Assembly (NCBI GenBank): GCA_049521795.1 | Contig: JBEKOM010000002.1 | Location: 32,001-96,000 of the forward strand | Length of the DNA: 64,000 nt | DNA from: Candidatus Bathyarchaeia archaeon | GTDB taxonomy: Archaea > Thermoproteota > Bathyarchaeia > Bathyarchaeales > Bathycorpusculaceae | Direction: 5' to 3' | Shown: piece by piece, positions 20,501 through 30,321 of the stretch | How positions within the stretch are numbered: the stretch's first letter is position 1 | How the letters are laid out: every line of letters begins with the position of its first letter | Notes under the pieces: model-generated | The model's database searches: none | Seen by the model: the letters and a program-made list of their open reading frames with translations, nothing else | Told to the model about the DNA's origin: nothing | Program-made: the position numbers and the translations under genes

Positions 20501-21226
20501 AACTTTATGGGAGACAACGTGGAAGCTCTTTGCACCAACTCGTCAGACCTCTGGGACAACGGATACCGCTCTGGCGGAAACTACTGGATCAACTTCACTG
20601 AGTTAGACTCGCGCAGGGGCGTGTATCAGAACGAGACAGGAAGTGACGGAATTGGAGACACCCCTTACGTCATTGACAGCCACAACAAGGACAACTATCC
20701 ACTAATGCAACCTTGGACTGGCCATGATATCACTGTCATCAGCGCCACGTCAACCAAGACCGTGATTGGCAAAGGCTTCAGCTACGAAGTGATCGTCAAC
20801 GTCGCCAACGATGGCGACACCGCTGAAACGGTTAACATAACCGCCTACGCAAACGCGACGGTTATAGGCACTCAGCAAATCACCAACCTAAACGGGACGG
20901 AGCAAGATGTTCTAACGTTCGACCAGAACACTACAGGTCTAGCCTACGGCAACTACACCATAAGCGCCTACGCTTCGCCAGTTCCAGGCGAAACAAACAT
21001 CGCGAACAACAACGTGACAGCAGACTCGATCTACGTAGGCATCCCAGGCGACATCAACGGAGACGGGACAGTCAACATATTAGACGCCATACAAGTGAGC
21101 AACTCCTTCCTAGCCACGCCCGTCAGCTCAAACTGGAACTCTAATGCGGACATTAACGGCGACGGCACCGTGAACATACTCGACGCAATAATCATGGGAA
21201 ACCACTTCTTACAGCACTATCCATGA
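17501..21226 (+). CDS. Secreted S8 subtilisin-like protease with CARDB, NosD/beta-helix repeats and C-terminal dockerin
   Basis: Signal peptide; triad motifs VDTG, HGTHVAG, GTSMASPH; CARDB (NNAFS); IQGAVNAA..GDTI.V..GTY.EN; duplicated DINGDGTVNILDAI. Confidence 0.93.
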   Translation: MGKGRLKKSLLVLILILLMETLPLMASVQSAKLWSKPWTLSYGAPDVLWTGYDSTQTMKAAAQEGLNTRSRNNGYPAFKDPGTSNIFGMPSLNDSDWVDNGSAELVIGLNDAEQNHYSDLIDLIANSRGKLVETLLVGKKVSALVVKVPVSSVSNLVSETRLSKWARYVEPNVKMRADFTPNDPYWLNQWGPAKIQADFAWNTTMGSASIIVAVVDTGVDWSHPDLAPNYVPLGYDWVNNNPDPMDDNGHGTHVAGIIAAAINNSVGIAGLANVRIMAEKVLDKDGSGTTSDVAQGIIHAVDSGAKIINLSLGATYPSEVLYEAVRYAFEHGVLVVASAGNSASSVKEYPAGYDEVVAVSATTMSDSLASFSNYGNWIDVAAPGVHIYSTIINDSYAYLSGTSMASPHAAGVAALIWSRFPNMTRDQVWAQLQYTADDLGTPGFDIYYGFGRIDAKKAVEQVPMNHDLLVLRMRGPSFVQLDTEATVNTTVLNMGNSNESGVTVELLVNGTVANSSAIGLLESGASEIVSLSWNGTVEGVYNVTAYVLPVAGETSIENNAFSTQVLCKSPQIIRVPSDYGTIQGAVNAANEGDTILVASGTYHENVQIVTSGLTIIGENKTSTVIDGGGKGNVVSVTADKVEIDGFTIQNGGKDNVGISLLGSDANTINNTVIIGNTYGLFLDTSPSTTARNNAITNNTFNFGLYGESLMDFIQDIDSSNTVAGKPICYIVNQTGSSVPTDAGYVAVVNSTDINVMDANLTGNYEGVLFAYSSWSVVQNVNASNNSVDVFLYESLNNSVTDTLLTNSDEGIYLLSSDNNTIASSNLSNNTYGLDIARSYNNAMNDLEVFNNTYGVLLEMSGNNSLRNNNMTINQFNFGVVGTQLSALVNDVDTSNIVDGKPVYYLVNQHDEQIPKDAGYVAVVNCANITVAQLNVTKNVQGVLLAFTTDSTISQSNLTANDQNGIIFCSSDQNRIYSNKLAGNSVGISTVDSINNTIYHNNFMGDNVEALCTNSSDLWDNGYRSGGNYWINFTELDSRRGVYQNETGSDGIGDTPYVIDSHNKDNYPLMQPWTGHDITVISATSTKTVIGKGFSYEVIVNVANDGDTAETVNITAYANATVIGTQQITNLNGTEQDVLTFDQNTTGLAYGNYTISAYASPVPGETNIANNNVTADSIYVGIPGDINGDGTVNILDAIQVSNSFLATPVSSNWNSNADINGDGTVNILDAIIMGNHFLQHYP

Positions 21227-21374
21227 CTCTCGCTCTGACTGGACGAGCCTTTTGCGTCGTCGATTTGCAGGTTCGCCTCAATTTAAGCTTTAAGCGTTGA
21301 GAGCCTCACTTGTTGAACATACTTTAAAAGGAAGAACCATAACTCTTGTAGGATAATGTGCTCGAGGTGTTCAA

Positions 21375-21680
21375 TTGGGTAAGAAAAAGGTCCTGACAGA
21401 GCAGGAGCTAAACAGGTTGGTGATTCCTTCGAAGAACGATGTTCTAGGCGTAGCAATCAAACTTCTCGGTTTCGACCGTGTCCGCGTCAAGTGTCAGGAC
21501 GGACATGAACGTTTATGCCGTATCCGCGGCAAGATGAAGAGACGCGTCTGGATAAGGGAAGGAGATATTGTCTTGGTGTCGCCATGGGACTTCCAGAGCG
21601 ACACACGTGGAGACTTGACATGGCGTTACACGAAGGCGCAGGCAGAGCAACTCCGAAGGGAACATCACATAACCATCTAG
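21375..21680 (+). CDS. eif1a: Translation initiation factor 1A (aIF-1A)
   Basis: CQDGHERLCRIRGKMKRRVWIREGDIVLVSPWDFQ. Confidence 0.97.
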   Translation: MGKKKVLTEQELNRLVIPSKNDVLGVAIKLLGFDRVRVKCQDGHERLCRIRGKMKRRVWIREGDIVLVSPWDFQSDTRGDLTWRYTKAQAEQLRREHHITI

Positions 21681-21886
21681 TTTTGCCTTGACCATCAACG
21701 GAAGCGTTTGAATGGCTTTTCGCAAGCGCGTGAACAAAAGGCTGAGACCAAGGCATGACGTCCTCGACTTTAAAGGGCATTCAGCTTTCCAACTCGCGTG
21801 TCTTGAACGCAAATTATAGTCATCATCCTGCACTCATAAAGCATTTGATGATATTTTTTGCCGTGTTGTTAAGGTGGATTGCCGCC

Positions 21887-21905
21887 ATATACGGAAACAT
21901 CAACG
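21887..21905 (+). repeat. Dispersed intergenic motif, degenerate copy (ATATACGGAAACATCAACG)
   Basis: 15/19 identity to GTATACAAAAGCATCAACG with TATAC and CATCAACG intact. Confidence 0.45.
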
Positions 21906-22057
21906 AAAAACGCCAAAAATGGGGGATGCACGAGAGACATCCCCATCCGAACGCAAGTACCTCACCCCGCCCAGTATTTAGTGACCTCATAGGCTTTTCT
22001 CATAAATATTGATATAAACCAAGAGCGGTAATATCAAACAGAAAAAAGGGGAATTGG

Positions 22058-22855
22058 ATGAGCAGGCAGAGAGCTGAAGACAAGCTAACGAGGAAAGAAC
22101 AGCGCCACGAGCGCGATCAGCGGATGCTAACCAAAGACTTTTCATCCGAAAGAGCGGTTATGGAAGAGGTTTTCGACAAGTCCACGCTCATGGTGATCTA
22201 CGAATTCATGAACAAAGGGAACATAGATGAGATTCACGGCGTTGTCAAGGCCGGAAAGGAGGCGAGGGTCTACTGGGGAAAAGACAAAGAAGGAAAGGAG
22301 CTGGCGATAAAGATTTACCTGGTCGTGTCCTCAGAGTTCCGGAAAGGCTTATTAAAGTACATTGAGGGGGATCCTCGTTTTCAAGGAGTGAGACATGACA
22401 CCCGCTCTTTGATTTTCGCGTGGGCCCAGAAAGAGTTCAAGAATCTGGAGCTGGCCACACGAGCCAGCGTAAGGGTCCCGAAACCGATCGCCGTGAAGAA
22501 CAATGTGCTCATCATGGAGTTCATAGGCGAAAACGGCGAAGGCGCGCCATCATTCAAAGAGAAGACACCTAAAAACCCCGCGAAAGTCTACGAGACGGTC
22601 ATGACTTATCTGGAGAGGCTGTACCGCAAGGCTGGACTAGTCCATGGGGACCTGAGCGAGTACAACATAATGACTTGGAGAGGACGGACAGTGTTGTTCG
22701 ACGTGGCCCAGGCTGTTCCCCTTGTGCACCCCATGGCAAGCTATCTTCTCCGCAGAGACCTAACTAATCTCAACAAGTATTTCAGCCGCTTAGGCGTTAA
22801 GGTTCCGTCCGTCGAAGAATCCTACAGGAGGGTGACTGGTCGTGGCGAGAGCTAA
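22058..22855 (+). CDS. rio1: RIO1 serine/threonine kinase
   Basis: GKEARVY, AIKIY, WAQKEFKNL, LVHGDLSEYN, FDVAQ. Confidence 0.95.
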   Translation: MSRQRAEDKLTRKEQRHERDQRMLTKDFSSERAVMEEVFDKSTLMVIYEFMNKGNIDEIHGVVKAGKEARVYWGKDKEGKELAIKIYLVVSSEFRKGLLKYIEGDPRFQGVRHDTRSLIFAWAQKEFKNLELATRASVRVPKPIAVKNNVLIMEFIGENGEGAPSFKEKTPKNPAKVYETVMTYLERLYRKAGLVHGDLSEYNIMTWRGRTVLFDVAQAVPLVHPMASYLLRRDLTNLNKYFSRLGVKVPSVEESYRRVTGRGES

Positions 22856-23423
22856 CACGTTCATAAAAATCCCCAAAGAACGCGTGGGTGCATTAATCGG
22901 ACCCCAGGGAACCATAAAAAAGAGCATTGAGGAAAAGCTCTCAGTGGAACTTCAAATTGACAGCGAAACCGGCGATGTCACCGTGGTGATGGGTGAAAAC
23001 GTCACCGACCCCTCCATGCTTTTCAGGGCAAAAGACGTTGTCACGGCCGTTGGGAGAGGATTTTCACCCGAACATGCTTTTCGACTTATTCGCGACGAAG
23101 AAGCCGTTCTGGACATTTTGGACCTGAGGACCGTTTTCGGAAAGTCTGAGGCAGACATCATCCGTGTCAAAGGAAGAATAATCGGAATGAACGGCAAGAC
23201 CCGCATGATAATCGAAGAACTGACAGACACTAATGTTGCTGTCTACGGGCACACAGTAGGCATAATCGGCACGTTAGAACAGGCTCAAGTGGCAAGAGAA
23301 GCGATTGAAATGCTCATAAGGGGCAGCATGCACGCCACAGTCTACAGATTTCTGCAGAGAAAGCGAAGACAACTGAAGAAGAAGATGCTTGAGATCTGGA
23401 AAAAACCACCTGAAGAAAAATAG
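22842..23423 (+). CDS. KH-domain pre-rRNA processing protein (Dim2/Pno1 homolog)
   Basis: RVGALIGPQG, AVGRGFSPE, KGRIIGMNGKTR, GSMHATVY; conserved synteny with rio1. Confidence 0.93.
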   Translation: MARANTFIKIPKERVGALIGPQGTIKKSIEEKLSVELQIDSETGDVTVVMGENVTDPSMLFRAKDVVTAVGRGFSPEHAFRLIRDEEAVLDILDLRTVFGKSEADIIRVKGRIIGMNGKTRMIIEELTDTNVAVYGHTVGIIGTLEQAQVAREAIEMLIRGSMHATVYRFLQRKRRQLKKKMLEIWKKPPEEK

Positions 23424-23491
23424 GAAAACCTCTGTGCCCTAACTCGCAAAAGGCTCAATTTCTTAATTGTTTGCCAAAGAAACGTTGTTTC

Positions 23492-23510
23492 GTATACAAA
23501 AGCATCAACG
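23492..23510 (+). repeat. Dispersed intergenic motif GTATACAAAAGCATCAACG, copy 2
   Basis: Exact 19-bp match to 12547-12565. Confidence 0.75.
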
Positions 23511-23692
23511 TAGTCCGTTCAATCAGACTGTTTCAGCCATGCGCGGCCGTTTCGTCGAGAAGCGGGCTCCGCACTCAAGATCACAATCATTTTCAGTTCA
23601 TGGGGCCAGAGTCTTCATCGCCCGCCACGCAAAACTAAAAGTATCCCGCATAAAAAGCTTATACGCATCGCACCAAGCTGCTGTGAGACCTG

Positions 23693-24676
23693 ATGCTAAG
23701 AAGGATTCGCGTCGTTCCGTTGGCCGCCGAGAGTCTCGGAGTGAGGTCCATGTGCACGTACGTTGAGACGCCTGACACGCGAATTCTCTTAGACGCTGGC
23801 GTTTCACTGTGTCCAAACCGTTTCGGCCTCCCTCCTCATCCCAAAGAGTTCAGAGCAATAGTTGAGAGTCGCAGAAGAATCGCCCGAGCCGCAGAGAAGG
23901 CTGAGGTCGTCACCATAAGTCACTACCATTATGACCACCACACGCCTTCCTTCGAGGACTGGCTGGTCAACTGGACAGACGCCGGTGAGACTGCCAGACA
24001 GATCTACGAAAACAAGACTCTTCTGATAAAGAATCCTCGAGAACAAATCAACTACAGCCAACGAGAGAGAGCTTGGATGTTCAGCAAGACAGGCGGCAAG
24101 TATGCAAAGAAGATCGAAAATGCAGATGGAAAAACCTTCACGTTTGGCGCCACGAGCGTGAAGTTCTCCGAACCGGTTTTCCACGGACCTGAAAACTCGG
24201 AGCTAGGATGGGTGCTGATGACAACGATCACATCGCAGGATGAGAAGTTCCTCTTAGCTCCAGACGTCCAAGGACCGATGTACGCTCGCACGCTCCAAAC
24301 GATCATCGATGAAAACCCTCAGCTGCTGATGATCGGAGGGCCACCGCTCTACCTTTCTCCGTTGAAGGTTGGCCAAAATGAAATTCAAAATGGTCTCAGA
24401 AACCTGGGGGAAATCGCGAGAAAAATCCCAAACGTTATCCTTGACCATCATGTTCTGCGAGACGAAAACTGGCAACAAAGCACGATCAACATATTCTACG
24501 ATGGTTACAGGTCAGGATCCACCATCCTGACAGCAGCCGAATTCTTGGGCAAAAAGAATGTTTTGCTTGAAGCTTCAAGGAAGCGACTCTTCAACGAAAA
24601 CCCGCCGCCCAAAGAGTTTGAAACCTGGATGAAAGCCAACGATGAGACCAGGAAGCATACGAAGCCGCCCATCTGA
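23693..24676 (+). CDS. MBL-fold metallo-hydrolase (UPF0282-like)
   Basis: AAESLGVRSM, SHYHYDHH, DVQGP, GGPPLY, DHHVLRD. Confidence 0.9.
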   Translation: MLRRIRVVPLAAESLGVRSMCTYVETPDTRILLDAGVSLCPNRFGLPPHPKEFRAIVESRRRIARAAEKAEVVTISHYHYDHHTPSFEDWLVNWTDAGETARQIYENKTLLIKNPREQINYSQRERAWMFSKTGGKYAKKIENADGKTFTFGATSVKFSEPVFHGPENSELGWVLMTTITSQDEKFLLAPDVQGPMYARTLQTIIDENPQLLMIGGPPLYLSPLKVGQNEIQNGLRNLGEIARKIPNVILDHHVLRDENWQQSTINIFYDGYRSGSTILTAAEFLGKKNVLLEASRKRLFNENPPPKEFETWMKANDETRKHTKPPI

Positions 24677-25308
24677 AGAGTTCGAGGTCGCTGAACTTCC
24701 GTCCTCAAATGCCTTCTAAGCGTCAGCGGAGGCCATGCTGATATCTTTGCGGATTAGCGCGCAGGCGTGTTCCTGAATTCTTTCGGGAGGCAGCTTGTGC
24801 TGCTCATCTGCTCTTCAACCATATTTGGATCATATAGGATACCCGGGGGGGAGGGCGTGAGAGCAAGAAAGCACCCAGCTTGAACCGTAAACAGTAACCA
24901 TCGTCCATCGGAAAACGCCACACCAGCCTCTTCAACGGAATCTAGGAACAAACATGCGCCTTACCCAGAACCCTTTTTGGAAACTCATCTGACAAAGGTT
25001 GATAGTTAAAATCCTCTTGCAACAAGTTACCAGAATCAAAAATCGCAATCACCACAGGGCCCATTCTTAATAGCGTTCTCCCGTCACTCTTCTTTGAGTT
25101 GTCTCTTCTTGTACTTCGTGTATCTTCTTTGATAAGGCATCTCAGCTTTCACGAGAAGAAAAATCGAAACTGTGCATCACCCGCTATGCAACACGAAGAA
25201 CCATCACCCTAAGATGAACCAGAACCTAGAAGAGAACTATAGAAGAAAATAATATCCTACTTTAAGTTGTGCTTTTTCATTATTATTACTGGGAGGAGGC
25301 TTCACATT

Positions 25309-25578
25309 TTGGCAACCAAGAGTCCTAGACATCGCACCTTTCTGGAGATTATCGCATCCATTTTGGATGCTTGCCAGCACGGAACTAGAAAAACCCGCGT
25401 GATGTACCAATGCAAAATGAGTTCCAAGCAGTTTACTGGCTACTTGGATTTATTGTTGGAAGCAAATCTTCTCCTAATCGATAATGACCGTCGATGTTTC
25501 CTGTTCAGAGTTTCAAGCAAAGGCAAAGACTTTCTGAAAGCATATAACGGTATGAAAACTCTGGTGGAATTGTCTTAA
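25309..25578 (+). CDS. Winged-helix transcription regulator (HTH_45-like)
   Basis: RTFLEIIASIL...KTRVMY...YLDLL...SSKGKDFL; GGAGG upstream of TTG 25309. Confidence 0.8.
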   Translation: MATKSPRHRTFLEIIASILDACQHGTRKTRVMYQCKMSSKQFTGYLDLLLEANLLLIDNDRRCFLFRVSSKGKDFLKAYNGMKTLVELS

Positions 25579-25775
25579 GTCGAATCCGCTTCCTATAGAA
25601 ACTCGGTCAAAAAACCTAGCAGAAACTGCATTAAGGCCCGCTTTTAGGAGTTATCAACCGAAAAGTAACAGTCTTAGAGAAGTGGCGCATCAACCGAAGA
25701 AGTAACAGAACCCCTTTGCGACACCTTTATTTATTGGTTCTGAGAAACGAAGTCTCCAGCCGTGTGGTGAAGTCC

Positions 25776-26021
25776 ATGGGATATAGCGAAGATGGCTCGA
25801 GCAGGTTTTCATTCTTGTCTTTTGCGCTCAGCGTTTTGGGGTTCTTCCTCATCGGCTTCTACTCAATCGGGTTGTACGTTGGGGTTGCTGCGATAATCCT
25901 TTCCTTCGCGGCAGAAGACCTACTCAAGGAAAAGTCCATGTGGCAATACCTGACAATCATCGTAGCAGTGGTCGACATTCTCGGCGCATTGGCCGGATGG
26001 AACATAGTGAGAAGATCATAG
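25776..26021 (+). CDS. Small 3-TM membrane protein
   Basis: Hydrophobic helices; GGTGA upstream of ATG 25776. Confidence 0.55.
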   Translation: MGYSEDGSSRFSFLSFALSVLGFFLIGFYSIGLYVGVAAIILSFAAEDLLKEKSMWQYLTIIVAVVDILGALAGWNIVRRS

Positions 26022-26146
26022 CGAGAAAAACGAAAAATCGAGCTTACTATGACGCGAGGACCCGCAATAAACGGTTAACTGTACCCACATCCGTTGAACG
26101 ACTTGAAAGTACTATCCCTGATTCATGCTTCACCCAAGAAAGTACA

Positions 26147-26223
26147 TGGGGCCGGGGCCGGGATTTGAACCCGGGCGCTAGGCTCCACAGGCCTATAGGC
26201 TACCAAGCTACCTCACCCCGGCC
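26147..26223 (-). tRNA. tRNA-His(GTG), intronless, G-1 and CCA encoded
   Basis: Minus strand G-GCCGGGG-TG-AGGTAGCTTGGTAGCCT-A-TAGGC-CTGTGGA-GCCTA-GCGC-CCGGG-TTCAAAT-CCCGG-CCCCGGC-C-CCA folds as a cloverleaf. Confidence 0.96.
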
Positions 26224-26739
26224 GCTTCTTGTTGACTTCTTATGCTTTTCTGGGTGATTCTCGTTCATTTTGGTTTCCTCAAGAATATCAAGTTATCCTT
26301 TCAGCAAACGTATTCAAAGCCCGCCTCAGGCGATTCCTTTGACTCTACTCCTGTTTCGCCTGCCTTACCAGTCAAGTTATCACTTCTAGATCCAAATGAT
26401 GTTCTACCCATGTCTACGTGGTCTCCTGCTTTGAACACCGTATTCCAGAGAAGTCTTTGACTTCTTGAAGGTGCTTCATTTGATAATAATATGGTCTCGC
26501 TTTCAAATATCGCAGAAGCGCGTTGCCCTGTCCCTTTGTTGTGCGTGCGCACTTGAAACAGCCCACACAGCTCCGCATCTAACTTGAACGCCTCACCGTT
26601 TTCAACGATGCTCGTTAAGTGTATAGACAAAACGTATAAGCAAAATGTATAAGCTTTGAAATTATTTTTTTGGCAAATTTTGGACCAAGCCAGCGCGGCT
26701 AAGATAGGCTCAAATTCGGGTTAATGTGCATGTCCAGGC

Positions 26740-27939
26740 TTAGTCCTTCAACACGAGCATGGAAAACATCAGGAGAAATGGTGCCGCAACAATTGAAACG
26801 ATGAAGGCGTAATACGGCGAGTAGGTGTAAAGAAAACCGCCTAAGTAGGGTGCTGCAAAAGCCGCCACCAAACTTAAACTCTGAGGAATAGATAGCCACA
26901 GCCCACGTCTGGTTTCAGGCGCAATTGTTCCTACAAAAGAGCCTACTAAGGAACCCGTGACCGCTGAACCTCCATAAACAAACGCGACAAGCATCAAAAT
27001 CGACGGATCACGAACCCAAAGCATGAGCACCATCGAACCGATGAAGAAGAGCAAGGATAAGCTTATAGCACCTGACTTCTTCCACCTATCACCCAAGCGT
27101 CCCATAGTAATGCCAACGAAGGTCATGCCTGCAAAATTGACAGAACCGAACAATCCGATGTTGAATTCGCTCAAGCTGGCCTGTTCAGAAAGAAACACTG
27201 GCACAAAATTTCTCACAAGGCCCGTGAAGAAGGTTGTCAACGTGAGGAAGCACGACCAAAGTAACAATTTTCGCAACTGTTCTTTTCTCTCTGCAAAAGC
27301 CAAACGAGAATGATGCTCATCTGGTCCCTTTTTCAAGGAGCACTGGCTGTCAATGAAGAAGAGTACACCGGTTGAGACAGCAATAAGCAAAGTCGAGAGG
27401 TAAAGCACAAGTCTCATCCCCGAAATCGTAGACAAGTAACCACCAACTGCCGGAGCAAAAATATAACTGAAAGTGAATGTAGAGAACACAAAAGTCACAA
27501 CAGAGGCAACCCTCTTCTTGTCTGTGACAGCCGTAATGACATAAGCACTTATCGCCGGACCGGCAATATTCGATGCACCCCAAAACACGGCTCCAGGAAT
27601 CAGCTGTGGCCATTCCACAGCGAAGGAATAGATCAGTGGCGCGAAAATCCACAACACCCATCCTAAGATCAACAGGTTCTTTCGGTCACAACGATCAGCA
27701 AGCAACCCACCTGCCAGTACGACCAAAGCTGAAACACCAAGAAGGACGGAGTACACCAAGCCCAGTTGCACGTAATCAGCATGCAATTGTCTGACATACA
27801 GAGGGAAAACCCAAAAGTACATTCCCTCCCCGAACGCACCTATAACACATGAAAGGCAAATCAGCCAAACGTTTCGGGTAAGAGCCCCAAACGGAACACC
27901 GTAAGACAAGATACGCCTGAAGCCTGCAGTCCTGGACAA
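26740..27939 (-). CDS. MFS transporter
   Basis: About 12 TM; motif A in both halves (GGLLADRCDRK, GRLGDRWKK). Confidence 0.93.
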   Translation of the reverse strand: MSRTAGFRRILSYGVPFGALTRNVWLICLSCVIGAFGEGMYFWVFPLYVRQLHADYVQLGLVYSVLLGVSALVVLAGGLLADRCDRKNLLILGWVLWIFAPLIYSFAVEWPQLIPGAVFWGASNIAGPAISAYVITAVTDKKRVASVVTFVFSTFTFSYIFAPAVGGYLSTISGMRLVLYLSTLLIAVSTGVLFFIDSQCSLKKGPDEHHSRLAFAERKEQLRKLLLWSCFLTLTTFFTGLVRNFVPVFLSEQASLSEFNIGLFGSVNFAGMTFVGITMGRLGDRWKKSGAISLSLLFFIGSMVLMLWVRDPSILMLVAFVYGGSAVTGSLVGSFVGTIAPETRRGLWLSIPQSLSLVAAFAAPYLGGFLYTYSPYYAFIVSIVAAPFLLMFSMLVLKD

Positions 27940-28536
27940 CGAATCTTCCCTACCGCCTCTCTTAACAGAAGCTACTTAGAAAGAGACAAGAACTCTTTAT
28001 CCTTTTGGCACATGAGCTGAAGCTTAGAGAATCAAGATTCTCTTTTTTGACAATCTAGATCATGGAACCACAAACGACCGCAAAAAGAGAGAACGAACAG
28101 CAGGAGGGTTCAGAGACAGATCTGCTCAATGGGTGTTCACAGCACCAGGGATCAAATGCGCAAAGCGTCCAAATTGGATCGGGTGTTTCGAAAATCATCG
28201 AAGTTTATAAACAACGTTATGAATTTTCGTGCGTGCTTCTTCCATCATGTAACTTCCCATGTCAATCAACAGACTTGACTCTCTTTGTATTTACAAAGGG
28301 GACAAGAAAACGTTGATTCTACGGGTCTTGGTAGACGGGATAAAATTGTTTTCTAAATCATTTGTTCGAAGGTCCGTTAACTGTACAAAGTTGACAGAAA
28401 GCTCTCAACTGTTTCCGTTTTCTTCACCGGCAAAATATGGAAAAGTGTAAAATCACGCGGCTTTCGTGGGTCTTTTGGCATCAGTTAGAGTTCGAAGCAA
28501 AAGTGCAGGACACATTCCCATGGCAGGTTTGGTGTG

Positions 28537-29391
28537 TCATGCGTTGCCGCCAATCAGCAATGAGACTATTACTGCGATGGCAACGATGACTATCGTCTCA
28601 AGCAACGTAGTTTTCCAGCGAACTTGTGACCTTTCCGAGCGGTAGCGGACTAGGAAGACTCCAACTACAGTTGCGACAATTGCAAGAGACAGAGCAATAT
28701 TAAAGGGTCTTGGCAATGTCAGGTAAGTTAGAATCGGGAAAATGCCTGCTAGAAAGGTCGTTGTGCTACAGGTCAATGCTGCGATCAGATTGGACCTACT
28801 TATCTCCTTATGCAGCACAGTGAACAAGTGCTTTACCAGCATCAATGACTTGTTCCGCTCGCCCAAGTCGGCGATGTCGCTCAGGCTGTAATTCATCAAA
28901 GTCTGAAGCGTAATCATGCCAGCCAGGTCTTCGGTTATTCCACCGAGCAGGAAACTGGAAAAGTTCGTCACGGCAACGGCTGACAAAGTCAAGGATGCGG
29001 CGAAAGCTGCTGCTCGCGTAGCTAGACCGGCAAAGAGAGCTGAAAGAATAACGACCAGAGCCGTGACTGAACCATCGACCAGTCCTGCCACAATTTCAAG
29101 AATCGGCTCCTTTCTCAAGAGCAAGCTTGCCCATTCTCTGCCCAGTTTTGCACCTTGATCAGTGAGTTGCACCGTCTGGCCCCTATCGCTAATGAGCCCC
29201 TCGGAAGCCATCTGCCCGATGGCATTGTCGAGGTCTCGCGTTTCAACGCAAGCATAGCCAGCGCAAACCGTGTCAATCTCGTGCTTAAGCTGAGACTTCT
29301 CAACTGCAGCTCCTTTGCGAAGATTCACGAGAACGATTACTCTTATTATGTCGAGCAATTCCTGTATCTCAAACGACAAACTAGGTGACAC
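28537..29391 (-). CDS. VIT1/CCC1-like membrane protein with N-terminal winged-helix domain
   Basis: EIVAGLVDGSVT resembles VIT1 TM1 (G..DG); N-terminal ...DLDNAIGQMASEGLI....VQLTDQG is wHTH-like. Confidence 0.65.
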   Translation of the reverse strand: MSPSLSFEIQELLDIIRVIVLVNLRKGAAVEKSQLKHEIDTVCAGYACVETRDLDNAIGQMASEGLISDRGQTVQLTDQGAKLGREWASLLLRKEPILEIVAGLVDGSVTALVVILSALFAGLATRAAAFAASLTLSAVAVTNFSSFLLGGITEDLAGMITLQTLMNYSLSDIADLGERNKSLMLVKHLFTVLHKEISRSNLIAALTCSTTTFLAGIFPILTYLTLPRPFNIALSLAIVATVVGVFLVRYRSERSQVRWKTTLLETIVIVAIAVIVSLLIGGNA

Positions 29392-29900
29392 CGCTCGAAC
29401 GGAGAAATGACGATTGAAAGCTAATAACTCTTACGCGTCAACCCCCTCAAACAGCAAAATAGCAACGAACATTCTCGAACCTTAAAAGCACGAACAAAAG
29501 GGGACGCTGTGGCCCAAGACCGATCCTCTGGTAACAAGCCCATCCTCCGCTCTCTTGCAAGAACATCATGATCTCAACGCTCTTGTGAGCCCCTTGAACG
29601 TAGTCAAGAAAAGTTCCAGACAGACCCTCAGAACAGAGTACACGAAAAAACACGAACACATTATTTTTAAACAAAGACTTGCAAATTCGACATGAAAGGA
29701 TTGAAGAAATGCGCTAAAACTTTAAAATCAACCGTGGCGCATAATGTCCAGCCGACAAGTCAGACTCGAACCAGAGACTCGAACACACGATAAGGAAGCT
29801 CATTGCGACACTTTTTGGGCATCCTTGCTGGGCTGAGACCAAAGCTAAACTCTGTGGCCACCTGAGCGCCCTTCCCTTCAACTCACCGTACGTCAAATCA

Positions 29901-30314
29901 TTACTCACCCATAACCTGCATTATCACGGTTCTTCTTCTCGGATGATTGTCCGTCTCCACGAATAGCAGGGACTGCCATGTTCCGAACTCGACGCGGCCA
30001 TTAATAACCGGCATCGTCCTGTCAGGCGGAAACAGAACTGACCTCAGATGCGAGTGCGCGTTCGAAGGGTGCCCATAGTTCCCTTGTTTTGGAACCAGCT
30101 TCTCTAGAAGCATCCTAATGTCATCTAACAGGCCATATTCGTTCTCGGTCAAGACCAGCACGCCAGTGGCGTGCGGCGCGAACACATGCACCAAACCTTC
30201 CTTCACGCCAGACTTGGCTACGGCTTCCTGGACTTCGTCTGTCAAGTCGATAAACTCTATCTCGCCCTTCGTAGAAAAACTGTAAGTCGTGTTAAACACT
30301 TTACATCCAGGCAC
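29901..30314 (-). CDS. YjbQ/UPF0047 family protein
   Basis: PHATG..LTENE, NAHSHLRS, GTWQS.LFVE. Confidence 0.93.
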   Translation of the reverse strand: MPGCKVFNTTYSFSTKGEIEFIDLTDEVQEAVAKSGVKEGLVHVFAPHATGVLVLTENEYGLLDDIRMLLEKLVPKQGNYGHPSNAHSHLRSVLFPPDRTMPVINGRVEFGTWQSLLFVETDNHPRRRTVIMQVMGE

Positions 30315-30321
30315 GAGTCTC

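Noticed and set aside
24700-26146. Integrated element at the tRNA-His 3' end
   Set aside because: Gene-poor, but no integrase and no duplicated tRNA 3' end (att site) found in the window
26301-26630. 109-aa ORF upstream of tRNA-His
   Set aside because: No recognisable motif or fold pattern
28062-28450. Short ORFs between the MFS and VIT1-like genes
   Set aside because: No recognisable similarity in the frames examined
29762-29784. AGACTCGAAC direct repeat, two copies
   Set aside because: Only two short copies; compatible with a chance local duplication
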